Source: an uncultured delta proteobacterium
GTDB lineage: Bacteria > Myxococcota_A > Polyangia > Polyangiales > Houyiibacteriaceae
DNA length: 64,000 nucleotides
Direction: 5' to 3'
Assembly (NCBI GenBank): GCA_963699755.1
Contig: CAVOVB010000002.1
Location: 288,001-352,000 of the forward strand
A program made the translations under genes and the position numbers. Each line of letters starts with the position of its first letter. Within the stretch, counting starts at the first letter, position 1. The notes under the pieces are model-generated. The model was not told the DNA's origin. It did no database searches and saw only the letters and a list, made by a program, of their open reading frames with translations. Positions 1 to 14,345 of the stretch are shown here, piece by piece.

Positions 1-1
1 T

Positions 2-288
2 CGCTCTGACCAAGGGCGCGCCTTCAGGATCATCGGGGCTGTTTCCCCGCGCATGTCCGATGGCTCGATCGAGAATGATTTCGCCCCTGCGCCGGATGCA
101 AAGCGCGATCGCTGGATGCAGTCCCGACTTGTAGAAGGTGACCACCGAGCCCCAAATCGCATCGACGTCTTGAGTGCTCAGCCCCACCCCGCGAGGATCG
201 ATTTCGCGGTGACTCCGGGTCGTCACCTCCTCTGGATCGAACGTTCGAACGCTCACCGGCAGAAGATCTCGAAGCCGTGGTCGCTGCA

Positions 289-304
<16 letters not shown>
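2..304 (+). CDS. Hypothetical protein, 5'-truncated by window edge
   Basis: Frame is open from position 2 through the 53..304 ORF and ends overlapping the metH stop by 16 bp; no recognisable motif. Confidence 0.45.
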
Positions 305-3960
<3,656 letters not shown>

Positions 3961-4116
3961 CTGCTTCAAACCTCGCCCCGAAGAACTCGCGTAATGACCT
4001 TAAAAGGTGGCATGCGCCCGTGGCACGACGCACGCATACTCAGACGGGCAGCCGGTGGGGAGCATTGATATACTCCTGATGGGTTAAGCTACTATGCTTA
4101 GACTGGTGCGCCTACG

Positions 4117-5172
4117 ATGAATTCCAACCGATTGGCTTTTGGTACGGCGTGGGTTCGCTTCGTGTTGGCGGCCTGCGGGATCTGGCTCGTCCCCCTCTTG
4201 TATCCGCCGATGGCGGCGCATCGCTGGGTGTTCATCGCCTACGCCGGCGTCGCGATCGTCGAGCAGTTCTTGATTTGGCGCGACATCGCGTCGCGGTGGC
4301 GCGCGGTCCTCGGCGGCATCCTCGACATGGCAGTGCTCACGTTCATCGTCCAGCGCGTCGGCTCCTCCCGGACCGTGATGGTGGCACTCTATTTCGTCGC
4401 AGGGATCGTCAACTCGCTCGTGGTGACACCGAGATTGGGCGTCCTGGTCTCGACCATTGGCGCGTTCATGTACTCGGCGGTGGTCATGATGGAGGTCCAA
4501 GGCATCCTGCCATTCGCACCCGACGGGCCAGCCTGGATGCAGTCGGGACGCCTCAGCCCAATCGACGGGTTCTTGCAAGCGTCATTGGTCACCGTGTTGC
4601 TGATGTTTGGGACGGCGATCGTCGCGAGCTTGATCCGGAGAATCAGCCAGCGGGAAACCGAGCTGGTCGTGGCCAACGAGCGCCTCGCCGAGCTCTCTCG
4701 CCAAGACCCGCTGACCAAGCTGTGGAACCGTCGACATATCCTAAGCCACATCGAACAGGGTCTCGCCTGGCTGAATCGTGGACGGCCGATGGCTGTCGTG
4801 ATGATCGACTTGGACCAGTTCAAGCGCGTCAACGACACCCGAGGCCACCTCGAAGGCGATCAGGTTCTCAAGAGTGTGGCCGAAGCGCTTCAAAGGTCGA
4901 CGCGCGAGGTCGATATCGCCGGCCGATACGGCGGAGACGAGTTCGTGATCGTGCTTCAGGACACGAATCAAGATGAGGGACGCGTCGCCGGAAACCGCTT
5001 CGTCACTGCAATCCGGGAAGTGGGCATGAAGTTCGACCCGGTGAACCCCGTCACGGCAAGCGCCGGCCTGAGCATCGCCCGCCCCGGCGACACGGTGGAA
5101 ACCGTGTTGAAACGGGCCGACGATTTCGCATACTCCGCCAAGGGCAAGGGCGGCAATCGCCTTTGTGGCTGA
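4117..5172 (+). CDS. Membrane-bound diguanylate cyclase (GGDEF)
   Basis: Several N-terminal TM helices, DPLTKLWNRR, DLDQFK, intact RYGGDEF, RxxD I-site (REVD). Confidence 0.92.
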   Translation: MNSNRLAFGTAWVRFVLAACGIWLVPLLYPPMAAHRWVFIAYAGVAIVEQFLIWRDIASRWRAVLGGILDMAVLTFIVQRVGSSRTVMVALYFVAGIVNSLVVTPRLGVLVSTIGAFMYSAVVMMEVQGILPFAPDGPAWMQSGRLSPIDGFLQASLVTVLLMFGTAIVASLIRRISQRETELVVANERLAELSRQDPLTKLWNRRHILSHIEQGLAWLNRGRPMAVVMIDLDQFKRVNDTRGHLEGDQVLKSVAEALQRSTREVDIAGRYGGDEFVIVLQDTNQDEGRVAGNRFVTAIREVGMKFDPVNPVTASAGLSIARPGDTVETVLKRADDFAYSAKGKGGNRLCG

Positions 5173-5175
5173 AGC

Positions 5176-6039
5176 ATGCCTGACACAGTTTTGATCGCTG
5201 GCTGTGGTGACGTGGGAAACGCTCTTGCGGCGAGGCTCCTAGACGAAGGGTGTGAAGTTTGGGGCGTGCGCCGTCGTGTCGAGGGTCTGGGCCAGGGGGT
5301 TCGGCCCTGGCGTATTGATCTCTCCGAGCCGCGCGGTTTCGGTTCCCCACCCGCCGCTTTCGACTACCTATTCTATACTGCGAGCGCAGACCGTCGGGAC
5401 GAGGACCACTACCGGTCGATCTACGTCGACGCCCTGCGAGACCTCCTGGCTGCGCTGCGGGCGGCCCGCTGCCCCCTTCGGCGTGTCTTTTTCACCTCGA
5501 GCACCGCCGTATACGGCCAAGGTGCAGGCGAATGGGTCGACGAGGACTCGGCGACCGAGCCGCTTGGGTTCAACGGGCGCGTTCTTCTAGAGGCTGAAGC
5601 CATCGTTCGCGAGGGACCGGAAACGGGAATCAATCTACGGCTATCGGGGATCTACGGTCCCGGACGCACCCGATTGGTCCGGAACGTTTGGAGCGGGGAG
5701 GCGAGCCCAACCGCAAGCTGGACCAACCGGATTCACGTCGAGGACTGCGCGGGCGCGCTGCACCATCTAATGCGCGTCGACGATCCGAAGGCCCTCTACC
5801 TGGGCTCTGACGACGAGCCCGTGACCAGCGCTGATCTGACGACCTGGCTCGCCGAAGCGCTCGGCGTGCCCGCACCCACGAAAAAAGAAACCGCTCGATT
5901 GAACAAGCGCTGCCGAAACGCCCGGCTCCGAGAGTCGGGCTATCAGTTCGAGCTGCCGACGTTTCGCGAAGGCTATCGGCCGATCGTCCGGGAGTTCCTG
6001 AGGGACGTCAGCGACCCGGGTGCGAGCGACCAGCGCTAG
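5176..6039 (+). CDS. NAD-dependent epimerase / atypical SDR (YeeZ-like)
   Basis: IAGCGDVG, SSTAVYG, LRLSGIYGPGR, NRIHVED. Confidence 0.85.
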   Translation: MPDTVLIAGCGDVGNALAARLLDEGCEVWGVRRRVEGLGQGVRPWRIDLSEPRGFGSPPAAFDYLFYTASADRRDEDHYRSIYVDALRDLLAALRAARCPLRRVFFTSSTAVYGQGAGEWVDEDSATEPLGFNGRVLLEAEAIVREGPETGINLRLSGIYGPGRTRLVRNVWSGEASPTASWTNRIHVEDCAGALHHLMRVDDPKALYLGSDDEPVTSADLTTWLAEALGVPAPTKKETARLNKRCRNARLRESGYQFELPTFREGYRPIVREFLRDVSDPGASDQR

Positions 6040-6356
6040 CCAGTTCGGTGAATGATGTGAAAGCCGAAAGGCGTCTCTACCACATCGCTCGTCTCCCCCA
6101 CTCCAAGCGCGAACGCGGCATCTTCGAAGCCCTTGACCATCTGGCCGCGGCCGAAACCACCCAGGTCACCCCCTGCCTGGGCGGAGCCGCAATCGGAGTG
6201 CGCACGCGCGAGGGCGCCGAACTCGGCACCGTCTCGAAGCTGTTGCGCAATGTCGGCGATCTGAGATTGAGCTTCTTCTTTGCTTCGGGTTGCGGAGGAG
6301 CGGTCGGAGCCCGCATACATGAGAAGGATGTGTGAGGCGTTGATCTGTTCTGCCAT
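6036..6356 (-). CDS. Parvulin-type peptidyl-prolyl isomerase
   Basis: ASHILL, SDCGSAQAGGDLG, FEDAAF, TPFGFHII. Confidence 0.95.
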   Translation of the reverse strand: MAEQINASHILLMYAGSDRSSATRSKEEAQSQIADIAQQLRDGAEFGALARAHSDCGSAQAGGDLGGFGRGQMVKGFEDAAFALGVGETSDVVETPFGFHIIHRTG

Positions 6357-6403
6357 AGTCGTCTCCCCTGAAGGCCCAACCCTAGCAGAGACCAGCGGCG
6401 TCT

Positions 6404-7795
6404 TCAGTCGCTAATGGACTTCAAGCGGCCCGAACAGCGGAGCTCCACAGCAGCACGATCGACTTTGCCCGAACGATTGACGGGAAACGAATCGAGGAGG
6501 CAAATGCGCTTGGGTCGTTTGTGCGGCGCAAGCTCCCGTTCGAGCTCTCGTCGGAGCTGGTCGACGCTGAATCGTGCTCGGTCAGTCAGGAGAGCCGCAA
6601 CCACCTCTTGACCCCAGTCGTCGTGCGGCAGCGGAAAGACACAGGCCGAAACGATTCCATCGACGGATTCGAGCCAAGCTTCGACCTCCTGAGGCGCGAC
6701 GTTTTCCCCGCCCGTCACGATGATGTCGTCGATGCGTCCCCCAACGAGCAGCTGCCCGTCGGGCAAGAAGGCGCCAAAGTCGCCGGTACGAAGCCAGGCG
6801 TCCAGCGTCCAGGGCTCGCCGCTTCGATCTTCACCCAGGTATCCATCCATCAACGTGTCGCCGCGAATCTGAATCTCGTCATCCACGATCCGAACATCGA
6901 TGCCGCGCAATGCTGAGCCTGAGCCGGGCTGGCCGCTTTGTTCAGGCGCTTGTGTCGTGACCTGAGAGCAAGCTTCGGTGCACCCGTAGGTGGCGAGGAT
7001 CGGGACCCCTCGACTTCTGGCACGCTCGCGCAAGGCAGAAGGAAGCGGCGCACCGCCAACCAAGACCGCGCGAAGCTCCGGGCTCGGCTCCCAGATGGGG
7101 TCTTCGAGCTGGAGCAAGCGGCGAAGCATGGTTGGCACGACGCTCAGGAGCGTTATGCGGTTCTCAGTCATCAGGCGGCTCAGCGCACGGGGATGGAAGG
7201 GACCGGGGCCCAACACGATGCAGCGCCGGGCAATGAGCGATCGGGTGATGATCGACAAACCGCCGACATGGGCCGGTGGCATGCACAGGAGCCAGCGGTC
7301 CTCAGGAAGCCAGCCGAGATTCGCGGCATGCGCAGCTTCCGAAGCGATGAACGCGCGACGAGATAAGCGAGCTCCGCGAGGCGCACCGCTCGAACCCGAC
7401 GTGTAGGCGATCGCCAGGGTCTCCTCGTCGGCGACCGGTGCGGGCTCCGCGAACGGCTCGGCGGGCGCATCGACCGGGACCGCGCCCTCGATCCGGTGCG
7501 CGGGCACCGACTCGGTCAACAGGAAGGCCCGTTCGCGATCGCGGAGACCTGGATGTAGTAGCACCGCCGGGCAGCCGAGCTCGAAGAGGGCGTATAGCCA
7601 AACGATCGAGTCAAAATCCAGCTCGGGCGTGAGCGCAACCCTATCCCCGGGCTTGACCCCGCGAGCCCCAAGCGATGCAACGGCTCTCTGAACACGGATC
7701 GCGACATCTGCATACGACCAAGCCCTGCCGTCTGCGATCAGGCAGTCACGGCCTGGATCTTCGCGTGCCGCAGCGAGCAGGCTCAGCTCAGTCAT
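6404..7795 (-). CDS. menE: o-succinylbenzoate-CoA ligase
   Basis: AMP-binding motifs YTSGSSG, YGCTE, TGD, GGENV, SGK; HVGGL; last gene of men operon; ATG at 7795 overlaps menC end. Confidence 0.88.
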   Translation of the reverse strand: MTELSLLAAAREDPGRDCLIADGRAWSYADVAIRVQRAVASLGARGVKPGDRVALTPELDFDSIVWLYALFELGCPAVLLHPGLRDRERAFLLTESVPAHRIEGAVPVDAPAEPFAEPAPVADEETLAIAYTSGSSGAPRGARLSRRAFIASEAAHAANLGWLPEDRWLLCMPPAHVGGLSIITRSLIARRCIVLGPGPFHPRALSRLMTENRITLLSVVPTMLRRLLQLEDPIWEPSPELRAVLVGGAPLPSALRERARSRGVPILATYGCTEACSQVTTQAPEQSGQPGSGSALRGIDVRIVDDEIQIRGDTLMDGYLGEDRSGEPWTLDAWLRTGDFGAFLPDGQLLVGGRIDDIIVTGGENVAPQEVEAWLESVDGIVSACVFPLPHDDWGQEVVAALLTDRARFSVDQLRRELERELAPHKRPKRICLLDSFPVNRSGKVDRAAVELRCSGRLKSISD

Positions 7796-8861
7796 CGGAG
7801 CCCTCTTCGAATTCAAGGCCCAAACCCGGCGCGTCATGCGGGACGATGAGCCTGTCTCGAATCGCCGCGATCCGGTGGGGCGGCCAGAGCCCAAGCGCCG
7901 GATGCTCGCCGAGGCCGGCAGCGAGCTCGGTTTGGAGTGCGAGCGCAAGCTCAGCGGTGGCGGCGCGGGCAATCGGGCCATCGAACGTGTGCGACACCAG
8001 GTATCGGGCGCCATGAGCGGCTGCGCGCTCGGCGATTTCGAACGAGGCACGCAAACCTCCCAGGACCATTGGCTTGATGACCACGGCGCTGATCCGGCCG
8101 CTCTCGAGTAGCCGCCGAGTAAGCGCCCGATCGCGAAGCGATTCATCGAGGGCGAAAGGCAGCGGCAGGCCCAACGCGGTCGGCCAGTCCTCGGGCGCAA
8201 CGGGTTCTTCGATCAGCTCCAGCTCGAGGGCTTCGAGCACGTCGGCATTCTGCCGAAGCGCTGCGACAGGGACGCGGCGGTTCGCGTCGAGACGAAGCGG
8301 GAGCATCGGATGTGCACTTCGAATCGATCGAAGGGCTTCGATCTCTGATTCGAGATCAGATCCAATTTTGAGCTTCAGGTGCGTTGCACCGTCGGCGACT
8401 AGCTCATCGGCGCGCTGCGGCCATGAGCTGGCGTCCGCGGTCATGACGAGGTCTGCGATGGAGATCGCAGATCGCTCCTCGTCGCCACCCAGCACCCGAT
8501 GCACCGGTTCGCCCCGAGTCTGACCAAGCCAAGCGAGCAGCGCCGTCTCTAGTGCGAAGCGAGAAGACGGTTGCTTCAGCGGCCGCGCGGTAAACGCATC
8601 CTCGAGTAGCCGAAACGGGCTTGCCAATGGGTCCGCAACGAGCGGCGCATCAGCGAGCTGCTGGAGCTCCTCGGCGACATCGGCGAGCACATCCGGAGAA
8701 TAGCCAGGCAGCGGGGAGGCTTCACCGAGCCCAGTGGTGCCGTCGCTGCGCATGAGCCGAATCACCGCGAACGCCCGCCTGAGGAGGCCTTCGGCTCCGC
8801 CCAGGAGCGCCTCCGACAGCTCGCCTTCGAGCAGGTCGATCTGCGCGTGAAGCTCGGTCAC
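7788..8861 (-). CDS. menC: o-succinylbenzoate synthase (enolase superfamily)
   Basis: [34 protein letters not shown] start overlaps the menA stop (GTGA). Confidence 0.88.
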   Translation of the reverse strand: MTELHAQIDLLEGELSEALLGGAEGLLRRAFAVIRLMRSDGTTGLGEASPLPGYSPDVLADVAEELQQLADAPLVADPLASPFRLLEDAFTARPLKQPSSRFALETALLAWLGQTRGEPVHRVLGGDEERSAISIADLVMTADASSWPQRADELVADGATHLKLKIGSDLESEIEALRSIRSAHPMLPLRLDANRRVPVAALRQNADVLEALELELIEEPVAPEDWPTALGLPLPFALDESLRDRALTRRLLESGRISAVVIKPMVLGGLRASFEIAERAAAHGARYLVSHTFDGPIARAATAELALALQTELAAGLGEHPALGLWPPHRIAAIRDRLIVPHDAPGLGLEFEEGSDD

Positions 8862-9748
8862 GCCAGGATCCCAATCGCGAAGAGCACACCGAACAGGGAA
8901 AGAAGCTTCGCTGTGCCGGCGAGCGTTTGATTGAGAACGACCCCGCGATCGTGGGCAACCGAGCGATAGAGCCGAATCGCCCAGACCATCGTGAGAAGAG
9001 GAAGGCAGACCCAGGCGCTGCTCCAACCGAGAAGGAACATGCCGATGGGCATTGCGTATGAGAGGAGCAGCAGGAGGGCGTATTCCCGCACACCGGCTTC
9101 CCTGCCGAATCGAACGACGAGCGTCGTCTTGCCAGCCCGGCTGTCGCCTTCGAAGTCGCGCACGTTGTTCACGACCAGAATCGCGGTAGCAAGGGCGCCG
9201 ATTGGAACAGAAGCGAGCCAAGCGATCGAGGGAACATAGAGCGCCTGCACGAACGCCGTTCCACAGACCGCCACGAACCCGAAGAACGCCATCACGAAAA
9301 CATCGCCGAGGCCGTTGTAGGCGAGCGGCAACGGGCCGCCGGTATACGCAAGGCCCGCGGCCATCGATGCGAGGCCGATTGCGACCACGACCGGGCCAGC
9401 AATCCACGCGAGATAGAAGCCAGTCCCGAGCGCAAGCCCGAAGGCGACCAGGATTCCACGACGGAGCTCGGGCACGCTGAGTAGACCGGCCTGAGCCGCA
9501 CGGGTGGGGCCCAGGCGTTCTTCGGTGTCGGCGCCCTTTTGAAAGTCGAACATGTCGTTGGCGAAATTGGTCGCGACCTGAATCAGAAAGGCGCCAAGCA
9601 AGGCAGCAAGCGCAGCATCCCAGCGAAATCCACCCGCCCGCCATGCGCAGGCGGTACCCACCGCAACCGGCGCGAAGGCCGCCGTGAGCGTCGCCGGGCG
9701 CGCGGCGACAATCCAGGCGCCCATCGAGCCGGGGGCGATCTCGGTCAT
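8858..9748 (-). CDS. menA: 1,4-dihydroxy-2-naphthoate polyprenyltransferase
   Basis: [47 protein letters not shown]. Confidence 0.95.
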   Translation of the reverse strand: MTEIAPGSMGAWIVAARPATLTAAFAPVAVGTACAWRAGGFRWDAALAALLGAFLIQVATNFANDMFDFQKGADTEERLGPTRAAQAGLLSVPELRRGILVAFGLALGTGFYLAWIAGPVVVAIGLASMAAGLAYTGGPLPLAYNGLGDVFVMAFFGFVAVCGTAFVQALYVPSIAWLASVPIGALATAILVVNNVRDFEGDSRAGKTTLVVRFGREAGVREYALLLLLSYAMPIGMFLLGWSSAWVCLPLLTMVWAIRLYRSVAHDRGVVLNQTLAGTAKLLSLFGVLFAIGILA

Positions 9749-10494
9749 CGGCGCGCCAACTCCTCGACTCGCTTCAGCGCGGCAGCAACGACGGCCGGCG
9801 CTTCGAGCAAGACGTTGTGACCCACGCCATCGACGAGCTGCACCTCGATGTGCGCGTTGTCTGCTGCAAGCGCTGTGGCGACCTTGGAGAACTTCGAATC
9901 GAGCGAGCCAGTCATGAGGACGATCGGAATTTCGAGAGACGCGAAGGCAGCAGCATAGTCGGGCATCTCCGCCAAGCCCAGGATCTCGAGGGATCGGGCC
10001 AAGCCCTCCGGATCGTGGGCGAGCCGGTTCTCACGCTGCACGGCCAAGCGTTCCGGGGGAAGCGCGCGTTGGCTCGCGAAGAGGGGCAACGCTTCCCAAG
10101 CCGCGACGAAACACGCAAGCCCTTTCTCACGAAGCAGGCTCGCACGGCGGGAATCGATTTCGCGACGCTCGTCGCGAGCGGCTTGCTCAGTGAGGCCCGG
10201 GTGAACCCCGATTAGAAGCGCGCCGTCAAACAGGTTCGGCTTGGCGGCCAGCATCCCCAGCGCAAGCCGCGCACCGAGCGAGTAGCCACAAACGAAGCGG
10301 GGTTGGGTGATGTCAGACTGAAATGAGATGAGCCGCGACACTTCGTCCTCGAACGAGTCGATGGCCCTGCTCCGCCAATCGACCCCGTGACCGGTCAAAG
10401 CCGGAATGCACGGCAAGTCGCTGAGGTCGGCGCAATGGAGCATGGGATCGTAGCTTCGCGGCGAGCCCGTGAAGCCGTGCAGGAGCGTCCACAT
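9745..10494 (-). CDS. menH: SHCHC synthase (alpha/beta hydrolase)
   Basis: LHGFTGS, GYSLGAR, W..LPLFASQ, DSKF, GHN; lies between menD and menA. Confidence 0.9.
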   Translation of the reverse strand: MWTLLHGFTGSPRSYDPMLHCADLSDLPCIPALTGHGVDWRSRAIDSFEDEVSRLISFQSDITQPRFVCGYSLGARLALGMLAAKPNLFDGALLIGVHPGLTEQAARDERREIDSRRASLLREKGLACFVAAWEALPLFASQRALPPERLAVQRENRLAHDPEGLARSLEILGLAEMPDYAAAFASLEIPIVLMTGSLDSKFSKVATALAADNAHIEVQLVDGVGHNVLLEAPAVVAAALKRVEELARR

Positions 10495-12278
10495 CAAGAC
10501 GCCTCGCGCTGCAGTGCCCGCTCGACCCGAGCGATGAGATCGCGTCCTTGATGCAGCGCGCTATGTGGCGGCACCAACGCCTCGATGACGGTGCAACCTT
10601 CTCGTCGGTATCCAAGCTCGAGGGCTTGGCGCAACCCGATCACCGTGTCGACGCTTTGGAATGCGCATCCATAGAGCGAAGCGGCAGAGTGCAGGTCGGC
10701 ACCATGAGGAGTCGTGAAATAGGGGAGCCAGGCCTCCTTGCCGTCTCCCGCGATCGGCAGCTGCTCGAAGATCCGGCCGCCGCCGTTGTTGACCACCACA
10801 ATCACCAAAGGTCCCGCCAGCTGGGACGCCAACTGAAGCCCATTGATGTCGTGTAGGAAGCTGACGTCACCAATCAGCAGTGTCGTCACGCCGTCAACCC
10901 AGGACGCGACGCCAGCGGCGCAAGATACGACGCCGTCGATTCCACTCACGCCGCGCTGAGAGCAAACAGCCAGAACCTTCTTCCCGGGCGGCACCCACAT
11001 GTCGACGTCGCGGATCGACAGGCTATTTCCAACCACCAATGAGCTAGGGTCAGGGAGTGCATCGAGCAACGTGCGGGTTGCTCCAGCCTGTGTGAGCAGA
11101 TCACCGGCCTGAGCAACGATCGCCGATGCCTCGTCCCATACGGCGGACTCCGCCCACTCAAAGCCAGCCACGAAGTCTTCGTCGCGGCGGACCGGTCTGT
11201 AGGCAGACGAGCAAAGCGCGGTAAGGAAGGAACCGATGTCGGCTTGGACGATCGCCTCGGCGCTCGAGCTGGGGTCCGCCCATTCCCAAGGATGCACGAC
11301 GATGCGTCGAATCCGATGCGCTGCGCAAAGCTGCTCCCAGCCCCTGGAGGTCGGGCTTGCACCGAGCTGCAGAACGAAGTCCGGGAGGCACATCGACCTC
11401 CCACTCTCGGTTCGCCAAATGGTGTCGAACGCACCCAGCGCACGGGACTTCGCCCAGCACCGGAACTGACTCGTGGTTTCAGCAAGGACCAAGGCACCGG
11501 AACGCTCGGAAAGCTCGTCGAGCGCGTCGACGAACATCGCACTCCGCAGGTCGGCGGGACCGCATAGAATGACCGGACGCGCCGCGGCATCGAGCGCCTC
11601 GGCAACCGAATCGACGAGCAGCGGGGAAACGTGCTCGATGAGCTTCGGGTCGAGTGGTCGCGCGCGATGGAGCTGGGTGAGCGGCTCGCCGAGGATCGCA
11701 TCGACTCGCAAGGCGAGCTCGCGGCTGGCTGGCGCTGGCTCTAGTGGTTTGCGGGCCTGTGCATTGATGTGAACCGGACCCGGCTTGACACCGAGGGCTT
11801 CGGACACCGCCTGTGCGACGATGCGCCTGGCGGCCCGCAGGCTCGCCTCCTCGTCACGCGGTTCTCCGAGATTCGCGAAGAAGCGAACTTTGTTTCCGTA
11901 CAGCCCGATCTGATCCGTCGTTTGGTTTGCGCCGCAGCCATGGAGCTCAGGAGGTCGATCGGCGGAAAGCACGACCAGCGGAACGCCTGCCTCGCTCGCC
12001 TCGATGACGGCCGGAAAGTAATTGGCCGGCGCGCTTCCGGAAGTGCACAAAAGGAGCGAAGGCCGCAAGGTGCACCGCGCCTGACCAAGGGCGAAATAGG
12101 CGGCCGAGCGTTCATCCAGCACGCTCGTGCACTCGAGCTCCTCGTTTTCGAGGGCCGCGATCACGAAGGGCGTGGAACGCGACCCTGGACTGATGATCGC
12201 GTCCACGATGCCGGCTTGAACGAAGCTCTCGATGACGAGCCTCGCCCACGCGCTTTGAAGCTCAGCGGCCGTCCCCAT
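10494..12278 (-). CDS. menD: SEPHCHC synthase
   Basis: SPGSRSTP, DERSAAYFALG, CTSGSA, ADRPPEL, QRGVSGIDG, GDVSFLHD, NNGGGRIF; ATG at 12278. Confidence 0.96.
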   Translation of the reverse strand: MGTAAELQSAWARLVIESFVQAGIVDAIISPGSRSTPFVIAALENEELECTSVLDERSAAYFALGQARCTLRPSLLLCTSGSAPANYFPAVIEASEAGVPLVVLSADRPPELHGCGANQTTDQIGLYGNKVRFFANLGEPRDEEASLRAARRIVAQAVSEALGVKPGPVHINAQARKPLEPAPASRELALRVDAILGEPLTQLHRARPLDPKLIEHVSPLLVDSVAEALDAAARPVILCGPADLRSAMFVDALDELSERSGALVLAETTSQFRCWAKSRALGAFDTIWRTESGRSMCLPDFVLQLGASPTSRGWEQLCAAHRIRRIVVHPWEWADPSSSAEAIVQADIGSFLTALCSSAYRPVRRDEDFVAGFEWAESAVWDEASAIVAQAGDLLTQAGATRTLLDALPDPSSLVVGNSLSIRDVDMWVPPGKKVLAVCSQRGVSGIDGVVSCAAGVASWVDGVTTLLIGDVSFLHDINGLQLASQLAGPLVIVVVNNGGGRIFEQLPIAGDGKEAWLPYFTTPHGADLHSAASLYGCAFQSVDTVIGLRQALELGYRREGCTVIEALVPPHSALHQGRDLIARVERALQREAS

Positions 12279-13617
12279 GGAGCGCTCCCAGAAGCGCCTG
12301 CATTTTGAGCTCGGTTTCCGCGTACTCCGCATCGGGATCGGAGTCGGCCATGATTCCGGCGCCAGCGTAGACCCAGGCCTTTCCGTCGCGTAGCAGTCCG
12401 GAACGAAGCGCGACCACGAATTCGCCATCGCCGGCAGCGTCGACCCAACCCACCGGAGCGCTGTACCAACCGCGGGCCTGGGCCTCGTGCTCGACGATCC
12501 ATCGAATCGCTTCGTTCGTTGGAACGCCCCCCACGGCCGGCGTGGGGTGCAGCGCTTGCACCAGGGCCAAGATGTGAGTCGGCTCGCGCAAACGCCCTTC
12601 GATAGGCGTCTGCATGTGCAAAAGATTTGGAAGCTCGCGAACGCTTGGCTCCGGAGCGGAGCGAAGCGAATCACAGAACGGCTCGAGCGCCTTGAGGATC
12701 GCCTGGACCACCAACTGATGCTCCTCCCGCTCTTTGGAGCTCTCCATCATTCGTGCTGCATCACCATGGGTCGTCGATCCGGCCAGAGCCTCACTCAAGA
12801 CCGATGGACCCCGACGCGAGATCAGAAGCTCTGGCGTCGCGCCCAGGAATGCGGCGTCGCCGCGCCAGAGTGCGAATCGAGTGCAGCCGGGAAAGCCGCC
12901 TTCGAGGCGCTTGAGAACGTCCAGTGAACCGGCTCCCGTCTCGAGCTCGACGACACAACGCCGCGCGGCGACGACTTTCTCGAAGATCCCGTTCTGGATC
13001 TCATGACGAATGTCACCAACCTGGCGCGACCAGGTCTCGCGATCGGCTTCTTCGATGCGACGGACCGAAACGGGAGGCGGAATGACGCCGATTGGGCGTT
13101 CCAGGCTGTCCCAGATCGCATCGAACACGTCGAGCGCTTGCTCGGCGGCTGGGCGTTCCAAACCGCAGGCTGCGAACGAGAGCCAAGCGCGCTCGTCGAC
13201 TTGATAGGTCCAGGTCGGCAGGAGCAAGAAACCATCTCCAAAGCTCTCCCAGGGCATCTGCCCCGCCGCACCCGGAGCAAAGGAGGCCCCGCCAAATACC
13301 CGGGGCGTGGGACTCGCTTCATGCGCAATATGGCTCGTGTGATCGAAGAAGTCACCGATGGACGGGGCATTGGTCGGTAGAGTGGTCGCCACTCCAATCC
13401 CGGAGCAGGCGGTGCCTTTCGGTGGATCCCAGAGAATGCTCGCCTCGTGCGGAAAGGCACGAAGCAGGGCATCGGGCGGCGCAACCGGCGCTGGCACGGT
13501 GACGATGAGGTGATTTACCTCGGAGCGATGCGCGTTCAATGCCTGCTCGAGGAGTGACCGCGAGCTTTGCCGAACCGCTGCGCCGTCGAATGCAAAAGCC
13601 GCGCTCTGCGACCTCAT
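12262..13617 (-). CDS. menF: Isochorismate synthase
   Basis: KVVAAR, GATPELL, ALAGS, KEREEH, LHPTPAVGG, RGWY, ALRS, AGAGI. Confidence 0.93.
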   Translation of the reverse strand: MRSQSAAFAFDGAAVRQSSRSLLEQALNAHRSEVNHLIVTVPAPVAPPDALLRAFPHEASILWDPPKGTACSGIGVATTLPTNAPSIGDFFDHTSHIAHEASPTPRVFGGASFAPGAAGQMPWESFGDGFLLLPTWTYQVDERAWLSFAACGLERPAAEQALDVFDAIWDSLERPIGVIPPPVSVRRIEEADRETWSRQVGDIRHEIQNGIFEKVVAARRCVVELETGAGSLDVLKRLEGGFPGCTRFALWRGDAAFLGATPELLISRRGPSVLSEALAGSTTHGDAARMMESSKEREEHQLVVQAILKALEPFCDSLRSAPEPSVRELPNLLHMQTPIEGRLREPTHILALVQALHPTPAVGGVPTNEAIRWIVEHEAQARGWYSAPVGWVDAAGDGEFVVALRSGLLRDGKAWVYAGAGIMADSDPDAEYAETELKMQALLGALHGDGR

Positions 13618-14345
13618 GATGCGGCCCCTCGTGGCTCAGCCACGTACAGATTGCAGGCGCCGAAGGTGAGCGGGTTCACTTCGAGCACGTTCAAGCCGGA
13701 AGCCCGCATCTGATCGGCGAACTCATCGGCGGGCGGAAAGGCCGCGATTGATTCTTGAAGGTACTTGTACTCGCGCGAGCCCGACAGCATCCCACCAAGT
13801 CGCGGAATCACTTTGCGAACATGGAAGCGGGCAATCGGACTGAGCCAGCCCACGCTCGGCTCGCCAAGCTCCAGCACCGCGACGCGGCCGCCGGGTTTGG
13901 TGACCCGCGCCATTTCGGCGAGCGCGGCGCTTCGATCTGGAACGTTGCGTATGCCAAACGCGATGCAGCAACCGTCGAAGGCGTCAGTCTCATAGGGAAG
14001 CGCCTGTGCGTCACCCAGCTCGAGCCGTACGCGATCGGCAACACCGCTTCGTGCCACTTTCTCGACACCCACTTCGAGCATTCGACTCGAAGGATCGCTT
14101 CCGACGACCTGCGCGTCGGGGTGACTTCGGGCGATCATGAGGGCCAGGTCGCCTGTTCCGGTTGCGAGATCGAGCACGCGAGCCCCGGCGGACAGCTTCA
14201 GCGCAGCAACGGTTTTTCGACGCCAGGACTGGTCGATGCCCATCGACATCAACCTGTTCAGGAAGTCGTAACGGCCCGCAATCTGGTCGAACATCTCCCC
14301 CGAGCCCGGATTGGGCGAGCTGGTCTCTTGGACCGCTTCGCTCAC
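13614..14345 (-). CDS. menG: Demethylmenaquinone methyltransferase (UbiE/MenG)
   Basis: MFDQIAGRYDFLNRLMSMGID..WR, LDLATGTGD, FGIRNV, YKYLQESI; GTG start overlaps HMGR stop. Confidence 0.93.
   Translation of the reverse strand: MSEAVQETSSPNPGSGEMFDQIAGRYDFLNRLMSMGIDQSWRRKTVAALKLSAGARVLDLATGTGDLALMIARSHPDAQVVGSDPSSRMLEVGVEKVARSGVADRVRLELGDAQALPYETDAFDGCCIAFGIRNVPDRSAALAEMARVTKPGGRVAVLELGEPSVGWLSPIARFHVRKVIPRLGGMLSGSREYKYLQESIAAFPPADEFADQMRASGLNVLEVNPLTFGACNLYVAEPRGAAS

Noticed and set aside
3970..4116. SAM, SAH or cobalamin riboswitch upstream of metH
   Set aside because: No recognisable conserved riboswitch core; only a small hairpin
7788..12674. Long N-terminal extensions of menC, menE, menD and others in the ORF track
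   Set aside because: They overlap upstream genes; coupled downstream starts give normal lengths
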